Origin: a virus
Lineage: Duplodnaviria > Caudoviricetes
Length of the DNA stretch: 64,000 nucleotides
IMG/VR virus record: IMGVR_UViG_3300042885_001472
Reading direction: 5' to 3' (one strand)
Part shown: positions 29,776 through 39,670 of the stretch, piece by piece
Layout of the letters: each line of letters starts with the position of its first letter
Position numbering within the stretch: position 1 is the stretch's first letter
Notes under the pieces: model-generated
Database searches by the model: none
Seen by the model: only the letters and a program-made list of their open reading frames with translations
What the model was told of the DNA's origin: nothing
Program-made: the position numbers and the translations under genes

Positions 29776-30870
29776 TTAGTTTACGTTTGTTACATTATTA
29801 TTTGTCATTAATGAAATTAGTTCCATTTTTCTTTTTTGAATTAAATTACCATAGGTGGCTTCAATACCTTTAACTTGTTCTTCAGTTGTATATTTACCTT
29901 CAATAGAAGCGTCAATTTTTTCATACAATTCAGCTGGGATATTATCTTCTAACCATAATCTAATATATGTTGCGATTAGGTCTGAAATCTTTAAGAAGTC
30001 ATTTGTCCAAATACCATTATCTTTAATAACTAAATTATTTTCACCATCATTTTCTTCCATCCATTCTGGTAACATATTAGGTATTTTACCAATAACTGGT
30101 ACACCACATTTCATAGATTCAATTGGGAAAGTACCAAATGAAGAAATATCGTCAACCCATACAGAAACACAAGATTCTGATAATGTCTTAGCGAAATTCT
30201 TTTTAGGGATTCCTCTTAAATCTCTAAATGTAACCCATTTAAATAAAGGATTTTTTAAGTAAAAAGTTTTAACAATTTTTAACATATCCTCTTGTTTACG
30301 AGTACTAATCGCAACAATTGGTTTTTGTGGTTTACTTGATTTAGCGAAATATTCTGGGATACTCACCGGGACTACATCAATATTCATTGATGGGAATAAA
30401 GACGCGATATATGATTTTTGTTTTTCAGTTGTAGTAATAACATCTGTAATACCATAATCACTCCAACTAGAACCTAAGTTAAGTATTTCTAAAATATAGT
30501 CATAACATTGTGACAATACAATTCGTTTACAAGGCATCTTAGATGTTTGTTCCATCATATTAGCGAAAATTTCTGGTATGATTAAAAAATCAGCTGGTGA
30601 AACTTTTAATTCTTGTGATTCAATTGAGATGTGTGGTAATGACGCGTATTCTTCACCTAACCAAGTACCTACACTTGAATATTCATTTTTTTCATGTAAG
30701 ATATAAGATTTATATCCTAAATCATTTAATACTTTAGCGTGTTCATAAACATTCGCTACCCATCCAACTGGATTATTTTTTGTGTCCATTACAAAAAAGT
30801 AAAAACCGAAGTTTTTATCGTCTAACTTTTTTAAGTTTTCTTGTGCTTGTTGATTTACTGTGTTTTCCAT
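29776..30870 (-). CDS. glycosyltransferase (GT-B, GT4-like)
   Basis: DFLIIPE, SSFGTFPIESMKCGVPVIG. Confidence 0.8.
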   Translation of the reverse strand: MENTVNQQAQENLKKLDDKNFGFYFFVMDTKNNPVGWVANVYEHAKVLNDLGYKSYILHEKNEYSSVGTWLGEEYASLPHISIESQELKVSPADFLIIPEIFANMMEQTSKMPCKRIVLSQCYDYILEILNLGSSWSDYGITDVITTTEKQKSYIASLFPSMNIDVVPVSIPEYFAKSSKPQKPIVAISTRKQEDMLKIVKTFYLKNPLFKWVTFRDLRGIPKKNFAKTLSESCVSVWVDDISSFGTFPIESMKCGVPVIGKIPNMLPEWMEENDGENNLVIKDNGIWTNDFLKISDLIATYIRLWLEDNIPAELYEKIDASIEGKYTTEEQVKGIEATYGNLIQKRKMELISLMTNNNVTNVN

Positions 30871-30890
30871 ATTATTATTTATTTTTATTA

Positions 30891-31301
30891 TTATTCTTCT
30901 TCTTGTAATATATCGTATTTTAATAATGTATTAAAAGCGATTTTAAATGGTATTGTTGTGTTATTATTTAAACCCGCTAATCCTAACTTATCATCAATTT
31001 CAGTGTGAGTATTCATAATAGTTTCAATCATCATCCTTAACACTTCCCATTTAGAAATGTCCACTTGGATACTTGAACCCGTGTCTGGTAAGAATAACAT
31101 ATCCTCACCCATTAGTATTTCTGGTTCTACAACCTTTTTACTTTTACTCTTTTTTACAGGAACCGGTGGTGGTAAGACTTCCATCATAGGTATCTCATTT
31201 TCGATTGGATCAATTCTAATCACTTCAATAATTGAAGCCATATTGACGTAAAATACATTACCACCAAACTCTAAATATGGTTTATCTTTCTTTCTATTCA
31301 T
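30891..31301 (-). CDS. hypothetical protein
   Basis: In operon; central Pro-rich linker. Confidence 0.7.
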   Translation of the reverse strand: MNRKKDKPYLEFGGNVFYVNMASIIEVIRIDPIENEIPMMEVLPPPVPVKKSKSKKVVEPEILMGEDMLFLPDTGSSIQVDISKWEVLRMMIETIMNTHTEIDDKLGLAGLNNNTTIPFKIAFNTLLKYDILQEEE

Positions 31302-31893
31302 CTATATCGGTATATTCTATTGTTATACTTGTTGTTAATTTTTCAATAAGATTTTGATCAATAATATCTTTAATTTTTTCAATACTATAATCAGATTTAA
31401 TTTCAGTATTATATTGACAATCCACTTTAATACTTACTTTATCATTTGGTTTTGAATTTAATACACTTGGGTTGGCTGTAATAATGATATCACTTTCAGA
31501 CCACATATCACTTGGTTTTGAAACAAATCTAATACGATCTACTTTACAACCAGTTTTACTTAAGAAAAATAGTGTGGCTGGTTTACTATTACCCATTTCA
31601 ACGCTAACGATTTCTAATTTATGACCTAAGTCTTTAATGGTATCATTTAAATTATTTAAATGAGAAATGGTATTAACTCTTAATTCATCCGCGTGACCAA
31701 ATATTTCTAAAGACGCTTCATCATATAAAAAACTTTCTATTGTTTCACCATCTTCTTCAAAAATAAAATAACGTTCTAATTCTAAACTATCTATTGGTTC
31801 AATAGGATCTAGTTCTGTATATTTAGTATACGTTTTTTTAAGTTTATTTAAGAAATCCCTTAAGACTTCATTTATATCTACTGAAATTGTCAT
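31294..31893 (-). CDS. HAD-fold 5'-nucleotidase-like protein (degenerate motifs)
   Basis: ISVDINEVLRDF (DxD to DxN); motif IV region reads DIIITAN. Confidence 0.55.
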   Translation of the reverse strand: MTISVDINEVLRDFLNKLKKTYTKYTELDPIEPIDSLELERYFIFEEDGETIESFLYDEASLEIFGHADELRVNTISHLNNLNDTIKDLGHKLEIVSVEMGNSKPATLFFLSKTGCKVDRIRFVSKPSDMWSESDIIITANPSVLNSKPNDKVSIKVDCQYNTEIKSDYSIEKIKDIIDQNLIEKLTTSITIEYTDIDE

Positions 31894-31936
31894 AAATAAT
31901 TTTATGAAATAATCTGTTATTGTAAATGGTAAATAA

Positions 31937-32710
31937 TTATTTTTTTACATTATTATTTTTAACTTCTTCTAATCCGTCAAAAATATCTTCTATAATTTTA
32001 ATAATTGGGTTTCTAACGATATCTTCAGCGTTTCTAAGTTCTACAACACCAAAACCTTTCTTACCATTAAACTTTTCAATAACAACTTCTAACGAACTCT
32101 CTCTTTTATTCTTAATGTCTTTTTGTTTAACATCACCAAGAATAATCATTTTAGAATTTTCACCAATCCTTGTCATTAATGTTCTCATATTATCTAAACT
32201 AATATTTTGAGCTTCATCAATAATGATAATTGAATTATCAATACTTCTACCCCTAACATAAGCTATAGGTTTTATTTGGATAAACCCCATTTCTCTTAAT
32301 CTATTAGTTATAGGTTCACCAATAATTTTATTAAAATTATCTAAGAATGAATCCATAAATGGTTCCATCTTCTCATCCATTGTACCTTTTAAAAAACCTA
32401 TATCTTCATCTTTAAGTGTGGTTACAGATTTAACCAAAATTATTTTTTTAAAGTTAAGATCAGGATTTTTTAATAACTTTAAAGCTTCCGCACAAGCTAA
32501 AAATGTTTTACCAGTCCCAGGAAACCCAGAAGCTATAATAATTTCATTCTTATTAATCGCGTCAACTAATTTTTTTTGATTTTCGGTTTTTGGTATTACA
32601 TTTATTTTAATACCATTAAATGGATTAGTGAAATTTAATCTTCTATTAGATTTATATTCTTCCACATCATCGTGATTATCTTGAGTTAATTTCTTAGTTT
32701 TTCTAGTCAT
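31937..32710 (-). CDS. phoH: PhoH-like ATPase
   Basis: PKTENQ, GFPGTGKT, GFLKG, YVRGRSI, IIIDEAQN, ILGDVKQKD, DIVRNP. Confidence 0.95.
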   Translation of the reverse strand: MTRKTKKLTQDNHDDVEEYKSNRRLNFTNPFNGIKINVIPKTENQKKLVDAINKNEIIIASGFPGTGKTFLACAEALKLLKNPDLNFKKIILVKSVTTLKDEDIGFLKGTMDEKMEPFMDSFLDNFNKIIGEPITNRLREMGFIQIKPIAYVRGRSIDNSIIIIDEAQNISLDNMRTLMTRIGENSKMIILGDVKQKDIKNKRESSLEVVIEKFNGKKGFGVVELRNAEDIVRNPIIKIIEDIFDGLEEVKNNNVKK

Positions 32711-32718
32711 ATTTATTT

Positions 32719-33606
32719 TTAGTAGGTTTTAATTATTTCTAAAAGAGTTTTAGATCTTTCAAAGTATGTATGGTTTTGATTTGATCTATTATAACCCGCC
32801 AACTCTATTTTTTTTCTTTCGGTTTCATTATTTAAATAATATTTAACTTTTTCATCTAAATCATTAAAATTTTCATAGACAACAATTTCTTCACCTATTT
32901 TAAATAATTTTTCTAATCCTAGTGTGTAATTTGTTAAAAGTAATGTTTTACATCCAGTTGTCTCAAAAGTCCTATAATTAATATCATTAGATATGTTTCT
33001 ATTGAAATGTATTTTATATGAATTAATTGATTTAACCATATCATCACCAATAACAAATAAATCTTTTTTAATACCAAATTTATCTAAATGGTGTACATAA
33101 TTACTTCTATTTAAAAGATTACCACAAAATCCGATATCAATAGTTTTATCTATTTCCATAGGAAAAATTAGATCGTCTGGATACGCATTAGGAAACCAAT
33201 AAGATTTTTTAACTAGATTATTAAAATAAGGTATATACGATTCAGTAGAATTTAACAATATATTAATATCTAACATCGTACAAAGTTTTTGGTGTTGGGA
33301 TAATACACAATGACTATCTATACTCCAATATATTTTTAATTTTTTACTCTCTCTTATTTCTTTTACTGGTAACCATTCTGGTGTATAATTCTCAATAACA
33401 AAAATAACATCCGCCCATTCTTCTATTTCTGTGAATGGGGTGGAGAAGTTTGGGTAATTTAAACCCCAAACAATTGCTTCAACACCATCATTTTTTAATA
33501 ACGCTCTTTGTAGATTTAAAGATTCGCGATAATTTTTATTCGCTTCGTGTCTACCACACTCTTGTATTATAACTATTTTCATATTATCCAATATCCTGTT
33601 TTCCAA
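32719..33606 (-). CDS. CgeB-like glycosyltransferase (Glyco_trans_1_2)
   Basis: DIGFCGN, YKIHFNRN..DINYRTFETTGCKTLLLT; likely start MKIVIIQ at 33582. Confidence 0.8.
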   Translation of the reverse strand: MENRILDNMKIVIIQECGRHEANKNYRESLNLQRALLKNDGVEAIVWGLNYPNFSTPFTEIEEWADVIFVIENYTPEWLPVKEIRESKKLKIYWSIDSHCVLSQHQKLCTMLDINILLNSTESYIPYFNNLVKKSYWFPNAYPDDLIFPMEIDKTIDIGFCGNLLNRSNYVHHLDKFGIKKDLFVIGDDMVKSINSYKIHFNRNISNDINYRTFETTGCKTLLLTNYTLGLEKLFKIGEEIVVYENFNDLDEKVKYYLNNETERKKIELAGYNRSNQNHTYFERSKTLLEIIKTY

Positions 33607-34112
33607 TCTTTATGACCATCTTGTTGAAAAATTTCACATTTTTTTTCATTTAAAAGTACATCACTTAACGGCCAATTTTCTAAGTTAACTGTACCTTGTT
33701 TATAGTTATCAATAATTAATATTCCACCATCTTTTAATGATTCTATTGATTGTTTTGTACATTCATCTCTCCATTCAACTGGTTCTCCATCAATGATTAT
33801 ACAATCAAATTTTTCTTCTGAGGTGAATTTTGATGGATACGATATAAATTCATTCTTATCCGTTGTAAAGTGTGACGTACATTTATTAGCCCAATCGCGA
33901 TTAGTATCAATAGAAATTACCTCTCTAACATTTTGCCTCCACCAAAAAGTAGAGTCTCCACATCCATATTCAAAAACTTTCCAGTTCTTAATATCCCAAC
34001 TACATAATTTTTCTAAAAATGGTCTTGTATACCAAGGAAAAATTGAATTAGTTCTTGGGTCTACCATCCTACCACCCACTAATGGTTTTATTTTATTAAA
34101 ATCTATTTCCAT
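33579..34112 (-). CDS. SAM-dependent methyltransferase
   Basis: VFEYGCGDST, FDCIIIDG, GGILIIDN. Confidence 0.85.
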   Translation of the reverse strand: MEIDFNKIKPLVGGRMVDPRTNSIFPWYTRPFLEKLCSWDIKNWKVFEYGCGDSTFWWRQNVREVISIDTNRDWANKCTSHFTTDKNEFISYPSKFTSEEKFDCIIIDGEPVEWRDECTKQSIESLKDGGILIIDNYKQGTVNLENWPLSDVLLNEKKCEIFQQDGHKDWKTGYWII

Positions 34113-34183
34113 TATCTATTAATTATTTGTTTAGTGAATTTTGACTTTTTAATTCAATGATAAAAATAAGAATGATAGAACCC

Positions 34184-34678
34184 TCATTCATTATTTAAAT
34201 GATTAAAAAGTTCAATGTTATTAGTCCATAATGTAGTCCAATTTTTATGGGTTTTAAAATCAATTTTCTTATAATCATTACTAGTTCTAACTCTATTCCA
34301 TCCATAACCACCTTCTTCAGTATCATGTGCAATAATAACTGGACAATTTTTATCCATCATAAAATTAATACATTCTGGTCTAGAATCTCCGTGCCCATCA
34401 ACAAATGAAAAATCTATTTTTTCTGGATAAGATAGTTCTAAAAATTTTTTTGGACCAATACTACAAAAGTATGTCCAATTTTTGTTTTCATTAAATTTAA
34501 TAACAACTTGATTAAACCATTGTTCAGATTGCATTTCAATTGACATTAATTGTTCTGAATTTTTGATTAAAAAATCTGTTGAATAGTTTCCAGTACCAAA
34601 CTCCACTGAGTTTTTTGGTTTTCCAATAAAATTAATAATTTTATCTAAGTGTTCTAAATGTGTTGAATATAAATCCAT
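34184..34678 (-). CDS. SAM-dependent methyltransferase (Methyltransf_24-like)
   Basis: VEFGTGNYST, IDFSFVDG, IIAHDTE. Confidence 0.8.
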   Translation of the reverse strand: MDLYSTHLEHLDKIINFIGKPKNSVEFGTGNYSTDFLIKNSEQLMSIEMQSEQWFNQVVIKFNENKNWTYFCSIGPKKFLELSYPEKIDFSFVDGHGDSRPECINFMMDKNCPVIIAHDTEEGGYGWNRVRTSNDYKKIDFKTHKNWTTLWTNNIELFNHLNNE

Positions 34679-34679
34679 T

Positions 34680-35372
34680 TTATTTTAGTAATTTTTCTAT
34701 TTCTTTTTTATTTTTTTGGTACGGCCTTAATAAATGTGAATCTATATAAAAACCAGAATTTAATTTATTAATATCGTAAACCCATTTACCTCTATCAATT
34801 CTTCTTGAAAAATCTCTTGTCTTTATTATAAGATTTTCTTTGAATAATTGAAGTCTATCGTACATAAAATTTTCATCAACATTCCATTTTTCACCATAAA
34901 TAGAAAATAACATTTTACAATATTCTTCAAATGACATATTTTCAATGTTTAAATATTTTTTAAAGTTTGATGAGTGTGATAAAACATAACACATTGGGTA
35001 ATATGGTACATCACCATATGGTTGACCAGAATATAATATCATATTAGTTTCAGTCAATTCTTTTAAATGTTCATTAAAATAATTAGCATTTAAAGGTAAC
35101 ATATCAATATCTGAAGTTAGTAAGTTACCATCAATAAAATTAGCCACAAATAATCTAACTACTTGTGATTGGAATCCTGTAGATACAAAATTTAATGATT
35201 TAATTTTATGGATAATCCCACGCTCAGTTTCAATGATTTCATCTTTATCTGTCACATTAATATAATAAGTTTTAAAACCTAAATCAAACCATTTTTTACT
35301 AACTATCTCATAAAAATCTTTATATAGTGGATTATCGTCAGATGAGATAATTACATAATCAATTTTTTTCAT
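34680..35372 (-). CDS. GT-A-like glycosyltransferase
   Basis: LLTSDIDMLPL (DxD), YPMCY, RRIDR, DSHLLRP. Confidence 0.6.
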   Translation of the reverse strand: MKKIDYVIISSDDNPLYKDFYEIVSKKWFDLGFKTYYINVTDKDEIIETERGIIHKIKSLNFVSTGFQSQVVRLFVANFIDGNLLTSDIDMLPLNANYFNEHLKELTETNMILYSGQPYGDVPYYPMCYVLSHSSNFKKYLNIENMSFEEYCKMLFSIYGEKWNVDENFMYDRLQLFKENLIIKTRDFSRRIDRGKWVYDINKLNSGFYIDSHLLRPYQKNKKEIEKLLK

Positions 35373-36010
35373 TATTTATCAAAATTTTTATTTATCCAAA
35401 CTTCATTGATTCCTATTTCTGAATCAAATTCAAATCCATTTAGTGATAAAATTTTTCTACACTCTTCATCTTTTGTTGGATTATATTTATCCATCTCTAT
35501 TAAAACTATGTGTACTGGTATTTTCCAATCAAATGTTTTTAGTACTTCTAACTCCCCACCTTCAACATCTATAGAAAATAGATCTACTTTTTTAATATTT
35601 AAATTTTCTAAAATTTTATTCATAGGTTTTGATTCTACCACATAACTAGGCGTTTTATCTAACCCCCAACCTTTAATATGTTTTTCGTGCATAGAATTTT
35701 TAATACCACCCAAAGCACCATTACCTAAAAATTCAATATTACCTTCAGTTTCAGATACAGCGTAATTAAAATTATAACATTTTGGTCTATTTCTAATTAA
35801 TTGACTGAATTGTGATGTCGGTTCAATAATTACGCCACCCCAATTTAAATGTCTTTCAAAAAATAAAGTATTTGAATATGTTATTCCATCCATACCACCT
35901 AATTCAATAAAAAAACCATTATGGTAATTTAAATACTTTTCGTATAATATTTTGTCTTCTTGTTGTTGACTATAAAACATAGTTATTATTTTTATTTTAT
36001 ATATTTCCAA
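35372..36010 (-). CDS. FkbM family methyltransferase
   Basis: YSQQQED, FIELGGMDG..SNT, IIEP, VDLFSIDVEGGE; likely start MFYSQ. Confidence 0.92.
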   Translation of the reverse strand: MEIYKIKIITMFYSQQQEDKILYEKYLNYHNGFFIELGGMDGITYSNTLFFERHLNWGGVIIEPTSQFSQLIRNRPKCYNFNYAVSETEGNIEFLGNGALGGIKNSMHEKHIKGWGLDKTPSYVVESKPMNKILENLNIKKVDLFSIDVEGGELEVLKTFDWKIPVHIVLIEMDKYNPTKDEECRKILSLNGFEFDSEIGINEVWINKNFDK

Positions 36011-36654
36011 TATTGTGGGTGTCTATTTTCATTATGATCAAATACATCACCGACAAATTCTTTATTTTTTCTTTCCAAAGGAAATGGTTTTTTATCTAAA
36101 TTATAATTATGAAATTCATCATGAATTATTGAATTATCTTTAACTATAGGGTAAATTATTCTAGCTAAAAAATTTTGATCTACCTGCCAAAATTCTCCTT
36201 TAACAAATTCATCAATGAGCTTTTTCATCTCAAGTAAAACACCTTTTTTAACACCCCACATACCCCCTAATATTTCTGTACCATGCCAAGGATGATCTCT
36301 CATAATATGAAATCCTTTATCTGATTCCATCCATTCATCAACCGCAGATTTTTCTCTCATACTTAACCTTGAATCACAATCTCTGGAAATCATAACATCA
36401 ACATTATCTTCAGACGCGGGGTAAAATCTCCAAAACATTCCAGACCAATTACCTTCTTCAGGCATTTCTACAATCTCTACATTTTTAAAGATTTTGAGGG
36501 TATCTATAATATCTTTTGGAACTGATTGTCCGATGTAATATCTACATATCCAACCAGGATATGTTTTTTCGGCAATAACCGCATTTTTTAAAGCACCTAA
36601 AGTATATTTTGGGTTATCCCCCCAAAGAGAAAATGTTATTAATTTTTTACCCAT
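35992..36654 (-). CDS. glycosyltransferase-like protein
   Basis: ITFSLWG, MFWRF, SRDCDSR (DxD), HIMRDHPWH, ILGGMWG, VDQNFL. Confidence 0.6.
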   Translation of the reverse strand: MGKKLITFSLWGDNPKYTLGALKNAVIAEKTYPGWICRYYIGQSVPKDIIDTLKIFKNVEIVEMPEEGNWSGMFWRFYPASEDNVDVMISRDCDSRLSMREKSAVDEWMESDKGFHIMRDHPWHGTEILGGMWGVKKGVLLEMKKLIDEFVKGEFWQVDQNFLARIIYPIVKDNSIIHDEFHNYNLDKKPFPLERKNKEFVGDVFDHNENRHPQYWKYIK

Positions 36655-37339
36655 TTAAATCAAAGTTTTTTTTATGTCTTTTATGGTAAACTATTTCATC
36701 GGACTTCATTAAAGAATCGTTTCTCATATATAATTGATCATATCTTTCACGATTATTACCTATAGAAAAATGTCTGTGTTCTATTATAACTACATCAAAA
36801 TACTTTTGTTTACCTAATCTATTGGCCACATCAGTAAATTCATTATCACAATATAATGATTTGTAATCTGGGTGATAAATATAATTAAATCTATCATAAT
36901 ATTTTTTACCTAATATACATAAAGTGTTAATTCTATTTTTTTGGAATCCATCATTAAACCAAGTTACACCATCAAAATCCGGATAATGTTCATTAAATTT
37001 ATTTCTAATAATATCATCAAACCCTAAACATACTGGTACCATATCATCCGACAATAGTACAATTATGTCCCACTCTTTTTTGAAATCATTTAAGTCCCTA
37101 TTTACAGCGTCAATTTTTGATTCACTTTTACCAAAAAAGTAATTCATATTTGGGTATGATTTTAACTTTTCTATAACAGTTTCATTATTCATAGTTATAT
37201 CATCTTCATCTAATGTTAAAAGAAATGAAAAATTTTCTTTATCATTTAGATTAGTTATTGTCGCGTCTAAAACTTCAAAAACCCTATTAGGTCTAGTTCT
37301 TGATGGTAATTTAAAAAGTATTTTACTATTTGTTTCCAT
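36647..37339 (-). CDS. glycosyltransferase family 2
   Basis: KLPSRTRP, SKIDAVNRD, VLLSDDM, LYCDNEF, IIEHRH. Confidence 0.8.
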   Translation of the reverse strand: METNSKILFKLPSRTRPNRVFEVLDATITNLNDKENFSFLLTLDEDDITMNNETVIEKLKSYPNMNYFFGKSESKIDAVNRDLNDFKKEWDIIVLLSDDMVPVCLGFDDIIRNKFNEHYPDFDGVTWFNDGFQKNRINTLCILGKKYYDRFNYIYHPDYKSLYCDNEFTDVANRLGKQKYFDVVIIEHRHFSIGNNRERYDQLYMRNDSLMKSDEIVYHKRHKKNFDLNG

Positions 37340-38869
37340 TTATCCTCTATTATTATATAATATTTGTAATTGTGATTGTACAGTTTTTTGATCAACTACC
37401 GGTGTTTCTGTTGGATACATACCATGTTTTCTCTTGTAGTATTCAGAACCACTTTTAAAGTTTTTAGTCCATTCTTCACTTCTCGCGATTGTACTATTCT
37501 CTATAGATCCTGGAATTTCTGTTAAATAATCCCAACTTCTATCAATGTCAGCGAAGTACCAAAAACTTGGATGGAATCCTTTTTTATGTGTTTCAAATGT
37601 ATGGTCAACATGTTCCCAAGCGTTTTTAAAATGTGGATCAAATAACCCAGTTTTTTCAATAACCTTTCTATGATAATATGAAAACGCACCTACTGAATTT
37701 GGGTATAAAACGATTTTAACATTCTCCTCATAACCAACAACCATTCTTGGATTAGGATCGCCAGTATTATTAAGTTTAGCTCTTTCTTCTAATGTTGAAA
37801 AACCTCCAGAATTCTTTTTATTGGCCGGACCATGTAAAGCGAAATTTAAATGTTTAACACCACTAATTAAAGAGTGTTTAATATATTCTTCAAAAACATT
37901 TTCATCTTTAATTAAAATATCATCTTCAATAATAAAGATATGTTCACAACCCTTATCCATTAACCACTGAATTGCGTCACTTTTTGATTTACCAACACAT
38001 TCATTTGTTTTATGTTGTATGATAGTAGCTTGTTTAGGATATGATCCCTCATTATAAGGTGTACCATCATTAACTATCACAAAATTTTCTACCCACTCTG
38101 GCACTTTAAACGCACTTTCTTTTATTCTATGTTCAGCGTTATATGTTACCATACCAACACCAATACTAGTTCTATCAAATTTTAATTTTTCTTCAAAAGT
38201 TTTATTTTTAGTTAATCTTACCGGTAACTTATCTTTATACTTTTCCTCAAATTGTTTTTTATTTTCTTCCCACTGATCATTAGTCATACCGATAGAAAGA
38301 TGTGTAACTTTGATATCTGTTACAACACCAACTTTAACACCTAACAAATAATTTGGAAATGAGAAAGAAATGTCATAAAAATGGAATCCTTTAAAATCTT
38401 CATCAAAGTTATGTTTTAATTTATCTTTTTGTACAGCGAAGAATAATCCATCTATTACAACCACATCTTTAATCTTTTCATTTTGATCGTCACTGTACTT
38501 ATTAGTCCATTTCTTACCATCATGTTTATGATTAACAATTCCGGTCATAGATTCTTTAAGAGTCCACCATCTACCATCTAATAGATCAGTAGTACCAGCG
38601 ATACCAATAATACCATACTCTGGATCTTTCTTAAAGTGTTTTAATACTTTTTTACCCCAATTATTAGTATCCCATAAAACATCATCGTGAGTAAAAACCA
38701 CAACGTTATGTTTGGCCATCTGTAAACCTTCATTATAAACTTGTGTTAAAGATTTCTCACCATTATTTATGAATTCTAAAATTTCAACATTAATAAGACC
38801 AATGTTTTTTTGAATTTCTTTTTGGAACTCTGGTTTATGTTCCCTTGTACTATAAACTATTGTAATCAT
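37340..38869 (-). CDS. two-domain GT2 glycosyltransferase
   Basis: Domain 1: VFTHDDV, VIDGLFFA, FHFYD. Domain 2: IVNDGT, FIIEDDI, WEHVDH. Confidence 0.88.
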   Translation of the reverse strand: MITIVYSTREHKPEFQKEIQKNIGLINVEILEFINNGEKSLTQVYNEGLQMAKHNVVVFTHDDVLWDTNNWGKKVLKHFKKDPEYGIIGIAGTTDLLDGRWWTLKESMTGIVNHKHDGKKWTNKYSDDQNEKIKDVVVIDGLFFAVQKDKLKHNFDEDFKGFHFYDISFSFPNYLLGVKVGVVTDIKVTHLSIGMTNDQWEENKKQFEEKYKDKLPVRLTKNKTFEEKLKFDRTSIGVGMVTYNAEHRIKESAFKVPEWVENFVIVNDGTPYNEGSYPKQATIIQHKTNECVGKSKSDAIQWLMDKGCEHIFIIEDDILIKDENVFEEYIKHSLISGVKHLNFALHGPANKKNSGGFSTLEERAKLNNTGDPNPRMVVGYEENVKIVLYPNSVGAFSYYHRKVIEKTGLFDPHFKNAWEHVDHTFETHKKGFHPSFWYFADIDRSWDYLTEIPGSIENSTIARSEEWTKNFKSGSEYYKRKHGMYPTETPVVDQKTVQSQLQILYNNRG

Positions 38870-39026
38870 TCGTTTTTGATATATTAAAAATTTTTAAAAA
38901 TGTTTCCGGTTTTAATTCTTTTTGTTTACTAAAAAATAGTATAGCTTCTTCCTCATTATCACAAGTATAATAACTTATAACTTCTTTTTCAAGATTATTT
39001 TTAAAATAAAAAAAATATTTTTCCAT
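38850..39026 (-). CDS. small hypothetical protein (58 aa), absent from the ORF track
   Basis: MEKYFFYFKNNLEKEVISYYTCDNEEEAILFFSKQKELKPETFLKIFNISKTNDYNSL*; TAATG coupling with dut. Confidence 0.65.
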   Translation of the reverse strand: MEKYFFYFKNNLEKEVISYYTCDNEEEAILFFSKQKELKPETFLKIFNISKTNDYNSL

Positions 39027-39670
39027 TATTTAACACCGGTACTTCCAAATTTACCATCACCTCTTTCGGATTCTGATAAAGTAAATTTCTTATAAAGATT
39101 TACAGTATTATTTGTCGCTACTGAACTAATAACACCTTGGGCGATTCTATCACCATTTTCAATAACAAAATTATTTTTAGAATGGTTAATTAATATTACT
39201 TGTATTTCACCACGATAACCAGAATCTACTGTACCAGGTGAATTTAATACCGTAACACCATAATTCATAGATAAACCACTTCTAGGTCTTACTTGTAACT
39301 CATAACCTTCAGGAATTTCAAAGTGTAATCCGGTTGGTATAGCTTTCCATTCACCAGGTTTTAAAGTTTCGGTATCTTCTAATAAATTAGCCCTTAAATC
39401 AAAACCAGAATCACCTTTATGTGAATACTTTGGATCTTCATTTTTAGATTTATTAATGAAATTAATATCAACTTTAAAGTTACTAAATTGATTCATTAAT
39501 TCATCAATATTTTTTTTAATAATATTTTCACTCTGTTCAATAGACGCTTTAATATCGTCATCATCAAATAAAGAATCTATAGTACCACCTAACAACCCTT
39601 TTATTTGTTCAATTGATAAATCATTATCATCTATAATATCTTCTGAATCCATTTTATCTATTTTTTTCAT
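39026..39670 (-). CDS. dut: trimeric dUTPase with acidic N-terminal extension
   Basis: DSGFDL, PTGL, RPRSGL, GTVDSGYRGEI, RIAQGV, RGDGKFGSTG. Confidence 0.95.
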   Translation of the reverse strand: MKKIDKMDSEDIIDDNDLSIEQIKGLLGGTIDSLFDDDDIKASIEQSENIIKKNIDELMNQFSNFKVDINFINKSKNEDPKYSHKGDSGFDLRANLLEDTETLKPGEWKAIPTGLHFEIPEGYELQVRPRSGLSMNYGVTVLNSPGTVDSGYRGEIQVILINHSKNNFVIENGDRIAQGVISSVATNNTVNLYKKFTLSESERGDGKFGSTGVK

